A model generated the notes under the pieces. The model had not been told where the DNA came from, made no database searches, and saw nothing but the letters and a program-made list of their open reading frames with translations. The position numbers and the translations under genes were made by a program. 64,000 nt of DNA from Candidatus Uhrbacteria bacterium (GTDB lineage Bacteria > Patescibacteriota > Patescibacteriia > JACQRZ01): the NCBI GenBank assembly GCA_016206155.1, contig JACQSC010000010.1, positions 8,073 to 72,072 of the forward strand, read 5' to 3'. Shown piece after piece: positions 62,802 to 64,000 of the stretch (positions are counted from its first letter, which is position 1; every line of letters begins with the position of its first letter).

Positions 62802-64000
62802 TTAAACTCCTTTGCTCCGTAATGCGGCGTCCGAAACTATGTGTTTATCGATAAAACGCTTTCTCAATTCTGTCTGCTTCGCAGAATCAGAAGCGAGATT
62901 TTTTAATCGCTCAACAGCTATGCGCTCCATAAAATCAACAAAGCGGGGGTGCACAAGGTCGGCATCTTTAATAATACGATACTGCCAATACGCGTCTTTT
63001 CCTCGTTCTTTCAATAATTCGGCGCGAAATGTGATAAAATCATCATCATGTCCTTGCTCAAAAAGACTTATGAGCCGCTGCAGCTGTTTCTTCTTCGTGT
63101 CCTCATTTGAAATCGTATCGTCCAACTCATCCTTGCTTAGACGTCGATAGGGAGCAAAGAGCGCCTCCCGCTCCGAAGGTCCATATTTATCGGCAAGAGA
63201 TTTGATGTTTTTCTTTAATTCCTCAATCGTTTTATCAAGTTCTGCGAGTTTGTCCTCCGCCTTTTTTATGAGCCTGTCGCTCTTCATGTCCTTCAGTTCT
63301 TTCTCCATCACTTCCTGCTGTTTGCCCGCCGCATCAAGTTCTTTTTGCAATGTAGATATGGTAGCGGGTATGGTGACAAGAATTTCCATTTTTTTCTCAG
63401 CATCCGGATGTCCCGGCGTATCTGGCAGCGCGGAAAATGGCTCAAGAACACGATTTTTTACAAAGGCGTCAAATTGAGCGATTCCGTCTTGCCACTCGGG
63501 AAGCGTGCTCCCCCCTTCGAGCATGGCTCTCATTGCACCAATGGTCTGCTCCTTTACTCGCGAATTGTTAACAGCCTCGGCATAGTTTGAAAACGGTACT
63601 TTAGTATCAGAAAAAACACGGGCGAGCCGCTCTAATGAACTGTCATCGTCAACGGTCTGACTCGCCGCGCGTTCAAGCGTACGTTCTGCAAGATGCATTG
63701 GAACGTTTCGCGCTTCGATAACACCCAGTTCCAACGCCTCGAGAGTCCTCGGCTCAACACCATCATCAAACTGCCTATTAAGAAGTTCTAGTACTTCGCG
63801 CTGTACGCCAGAATGTGCAAGCCTATCAGGTTGCACCGGCATATCTTTCTTTGTAAGGCCATTCAGGAGATTGGTGTGTTCAAACATCTCGACAAATTTC
63901 CTCTGATTTCTATCCGCATCCAGATCGCTCGGGTCGAGCATGTCACGCACCCGCCCCAACAATTGTCCGCGTAAAAATGTCAGTGTCGCCTCGCGCCGCG
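62802..64000 (-). CDS. Hypothetical coiled-coil protein (5' end beyond the window)
   Basis: The reading frame stays open past 64000 (...RREATLTFLRGQLLGRVRDM...). Coiled-coil stretch LQKELDAAGKQQEVMEKELKDMKSDRLIKKAEDKLAELDKTIEELKKNIKSL. Confidence 0.5.
   Translation of the reverse strand, partial: RREATLTFLRGQLLGRVRDMLDPSDLDADRNQRKFVEMFEHTNLLNGLTKKDMPVQPDRLAHSGVQREVLELLNRQFDDGVEPRTLEALELGVIEARNVPMHLAERTLERAASQTVDDDSSLERLARVFSDTKVPFSNYAEAVNNSRVKEQTIGAMRAMLEGGSTLPEWQDGIAQFDAFVKNRVLEPFSALPDTPGHPDAEKKMEILVTIPATISTLQKELDAAGKQQEVMEKELKDMKSDRLIKKAEDKLAELDKTIEELKKNIKSLADKYGPSEREALFAPYRRLSKDELDDTISNEDTKKKQLQRLISLFEQGHDDDFITFRAELLKERGKDAYWQYRIIKDADLVHPRFVDFMERIAVERLKNLASDSAKQTELRKRFIDKHIVSDAALRSKGV

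Overview
The window reads as a gene-dense bacterial chromosome segment of about 50% GC, mostly transcribed on the minus strand. It has the look of a reduced-genome (CPR/Patescibacteria-like) bacterium, which is inference from gene content and not a database hit. There are three groups of recognisable genes. The first is cell-wall and segregation: murD (5' partial), mraY, rpmA, ctpA, murA, parB, parA, murB, a VKOR-family protein and a DoxX-like protein. The second is central functions: gpmI, glyQS, pheS and pheT (split by two inserted genes), radA, recG, a ClpC-like chaperone, an M16 peptidase, an SPFH protein and a CaCA antiporter. The third is a DNA-uptake or pilus-type machinery spread over three loci: a type IV pilus operon (pilM-pilN-pilO-small gene-pilB, with a pilT-like gene elsewhere whose Walker A has Arg in place of Lys); three tandem VirB2/TrbC-like pilin paralogs, one fused to an LAS/M15 peptidoglycan-hydrolase domain, next to an SLT lytic-transglycosylase protein; and a T4SS-like cluster (VirB4-like ATPase, a VirB4 N-domain-like protein, a VirB3/PrgI-like protein, a TrbL/VirB6-like protein, an Avd/IVS-type four-helix-bundle protein and large hypothetical proteins) close to comFC. 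Also present are a hicAB toxin-antitoxin pair between two tRNA(CAT) genes, five tRNAs plus one aberrant tRNA-like gene, and a secreted-protein cluster with a novel ~55-aa repeat, TSP3-like Asp-rich repeats and a C-terminal serpin. Three sequence-level features stand out. (1) Genes typically have an extended -10 promoter (TGnTATACT) followed by a short leader made of 3-8 tandem heptanucleotide repeats ending at the start codon, usually with no Shine-Dalgarno sequence. The units include AGAATTA, AACTACA, ATTCCTG, CGTAACT, GAAAGTT and telomere-like CCCTAAC, CCCTATA and CCTAAAC. The same heptamers encode C-terminal ...RN(S/P)-stop tails and ELRIKNQ peptide insertions. (2) At least three families of small palindromic elements occur intergenically and also in frame inside radA, recG and a 911-aa gene. 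(3) The SLT-protein gene is flanked by ~48-bp direct repeats derived from the radA 5' end. CDS coordinates follow the supplied ORF track, which uses ATG, GTG and TTG starts. Coordinates I derived myself for RNAs and repeats can be off by a few nt, and up to about 9 nt around the clp start where my own line-based position differs from the track start.
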